Below are positions 62,486-64,000 of a stretch of DNA of 64,000 bases, in pieces. A program made the translations under genes and the position numbers. Source of the DNA: Phoronis australis (Eukaryota; Animalia; Phoronida); NCBI GenBank assembly GCA_002633005.1, contig NMRA01000173.1, positions 154,534-218,533 on the forward strand, read 5' to 3'. The notes under the pieces were generated by a model that had not been told where the DNA came from, did no database searches, and was given only the letters and a program-made list of their open reading frames with translations. Within the stretch, counting starts at the first letter, position 1. Every line of letters starts with the position of its first letter.

Positions 62486-64000
62486 CAGCTCATGCCTGAT
62501 GAGTAGATTGTTTTGTGTTTGAAACCGAACTACAAATGTGACAAAGATACTTCATTTCAATATGAAGTCTCCTTTTGAGTTGAAAGTTGCTGGTTTAGCC
62601 ATAGACACACTGCTGAATTTCAAGTAATTCTTTATAATGCTGTTTGTGGCTTAATGGTCATCTCGATTTTCTAGTTTTTCACTTCAAATGGTTAGGTATC
62701 ATATTTACCTAAATGGCTACTGTTGTTGATAATGACAGGTGGCATGCTCTCATGTGTCATTGGCAGATTTTGATTTAATTGTTGTTTCTCTGTTTAAAGA
62801 AACATTCTCCTGTTCAGATGAGTTTTTAATAATCAAAAGTGTGTCTTTGCACAGTCGGTATCTTTTTCACTTCATCCCCCATTTGGAATTTACTTTATCA
62901 GTTTTGGCCACCAACAGCATGGAACTGTTGTTTGTTTAGTGTTAATAACTGGGACAGGAATTCTGTGTAAACATTCTGTGACTCATGTCTTGATTCCGTG
63001 CACTAGTGAAATTTGTTCACCTGAAATTTCATAGCATTTCATGTCTTTTGTTCGGATGATGTTCATTTGTCAAGTGTTTGTGGTGCTGTTATTATATTGC
63101 AAGAACTACCTGCAACTAAACAAAATGTCCAAGTGTTTGTAATATGTTTAAAAGACCACAGGTACACTGGTGAAACTTGTGCAGTGTATACCATCACAGG
63201 TGGAACATATTATATCCTGTAATCTAATTCATTTGATGTGTCTTCTTTTCTTATTTTGGTTTGAGTCAGCGGCACACTGGACAGCTTGAATAAATTAGCA
63301 GTTCTACATTCTGTACTAAGGCGATGACTCTATTTGGTTTCTCATGTTCTTTAGAGATTGGGTGCACAGCGGTGTTGTTAAGTTGTTATTTAGGCTACGG
63401 TCTCTTACTGGTGTTATGGAGAGTGTACTAAGGTAGACTATGGAAATGAGCAACTTTTTCATTTTGATGTTTTATCAGACAGTCCAAACATGCAGCTTAT
63501 AGCTTCCTCTGGCGCTGCTTGGTGTCTGTGTGATTAATAATTCATCTTCATTCACAATGGACATCATTTGCATTTGCCAGTGCATAAAGCAATTCATTTT
63601 CCTTTGTATTTAAACAGTCAATTAAAAAATAAGTGTCCCATTGGTTTTGTTTCATTGCCCCATTCTGTCTGCAAATGAACCAAACCAAACCAAAATTGTT
63701 GGCACTCGCAGTCTCAGTTGTATTGTAAACACTGCAAAAATGTCTTACAGTAAAAAATAATCTTCAATTTGAGCTAAAATTGCCATATTTCTATTTTTCA
63801 GAGGCTTACTACATTATTGCAAATGGTCAAAAATTTTATATGTTATTTGGTAGTAGCTCTGCCACACAAACCATGTCAGAAGTAAATTTTCCTGAAAAGT
63901 TTGTTTTAAGATTTTGTGTGCCAAACTGAAGAATGTTTACCAGTAGCAATTTTCCATAGTCTACCTTATTGTCTACAATCTTTGTTATTAGGAATATAGA

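Overview
This window is eukaryotic DNA, most likely from a bilaterian invertebrate (AT-rich, GT-AG introns). It is a draft assembly with four long N gaps and four single-N joins. I reconstructed three multi-exon genes by hand, all with consistent splice phases. (1) An NCOA5/Neosin-like gene on + (9 coding exons, 1575-16745, 493 aa) with an N-terminal RRM and an anticodon-binding-like domain. (2) A PXDC1-like PX-domain gene on - (3 exons, 40012-24534, 276 aa) with an acidic tail. (3) A PPTC7 PP2C-family phosphatase on + (6 exons, 50426-61045, 315 aa). Between the divergent PX and PPTC7 genes lies a decayed Ty3/Gypsy (Mag-like) LTR retrotransposon with both LTRs, a 5-bp TSD, a tRNA-Trp PBS and a PPT, itself carrying two nested insertions. 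Introns are filled with non-autonomous Helitrons, Helentron-associated (HINE-like) repeats, MITEs and minisatellites. The most notable oddities are a 29-bp perfect palindrome with a 7-bp duplication and its empty site (P-element-like excision footprint), HINE arrays carrying CTCF-consensus motifs about every 145 bp, a nested transposon pile-up in PPTC7 intron 2, and minisatellites that begin at splice donors. I found no convincing new protein-coding system. All family assignments come from motif recognition and memory, not database searches.
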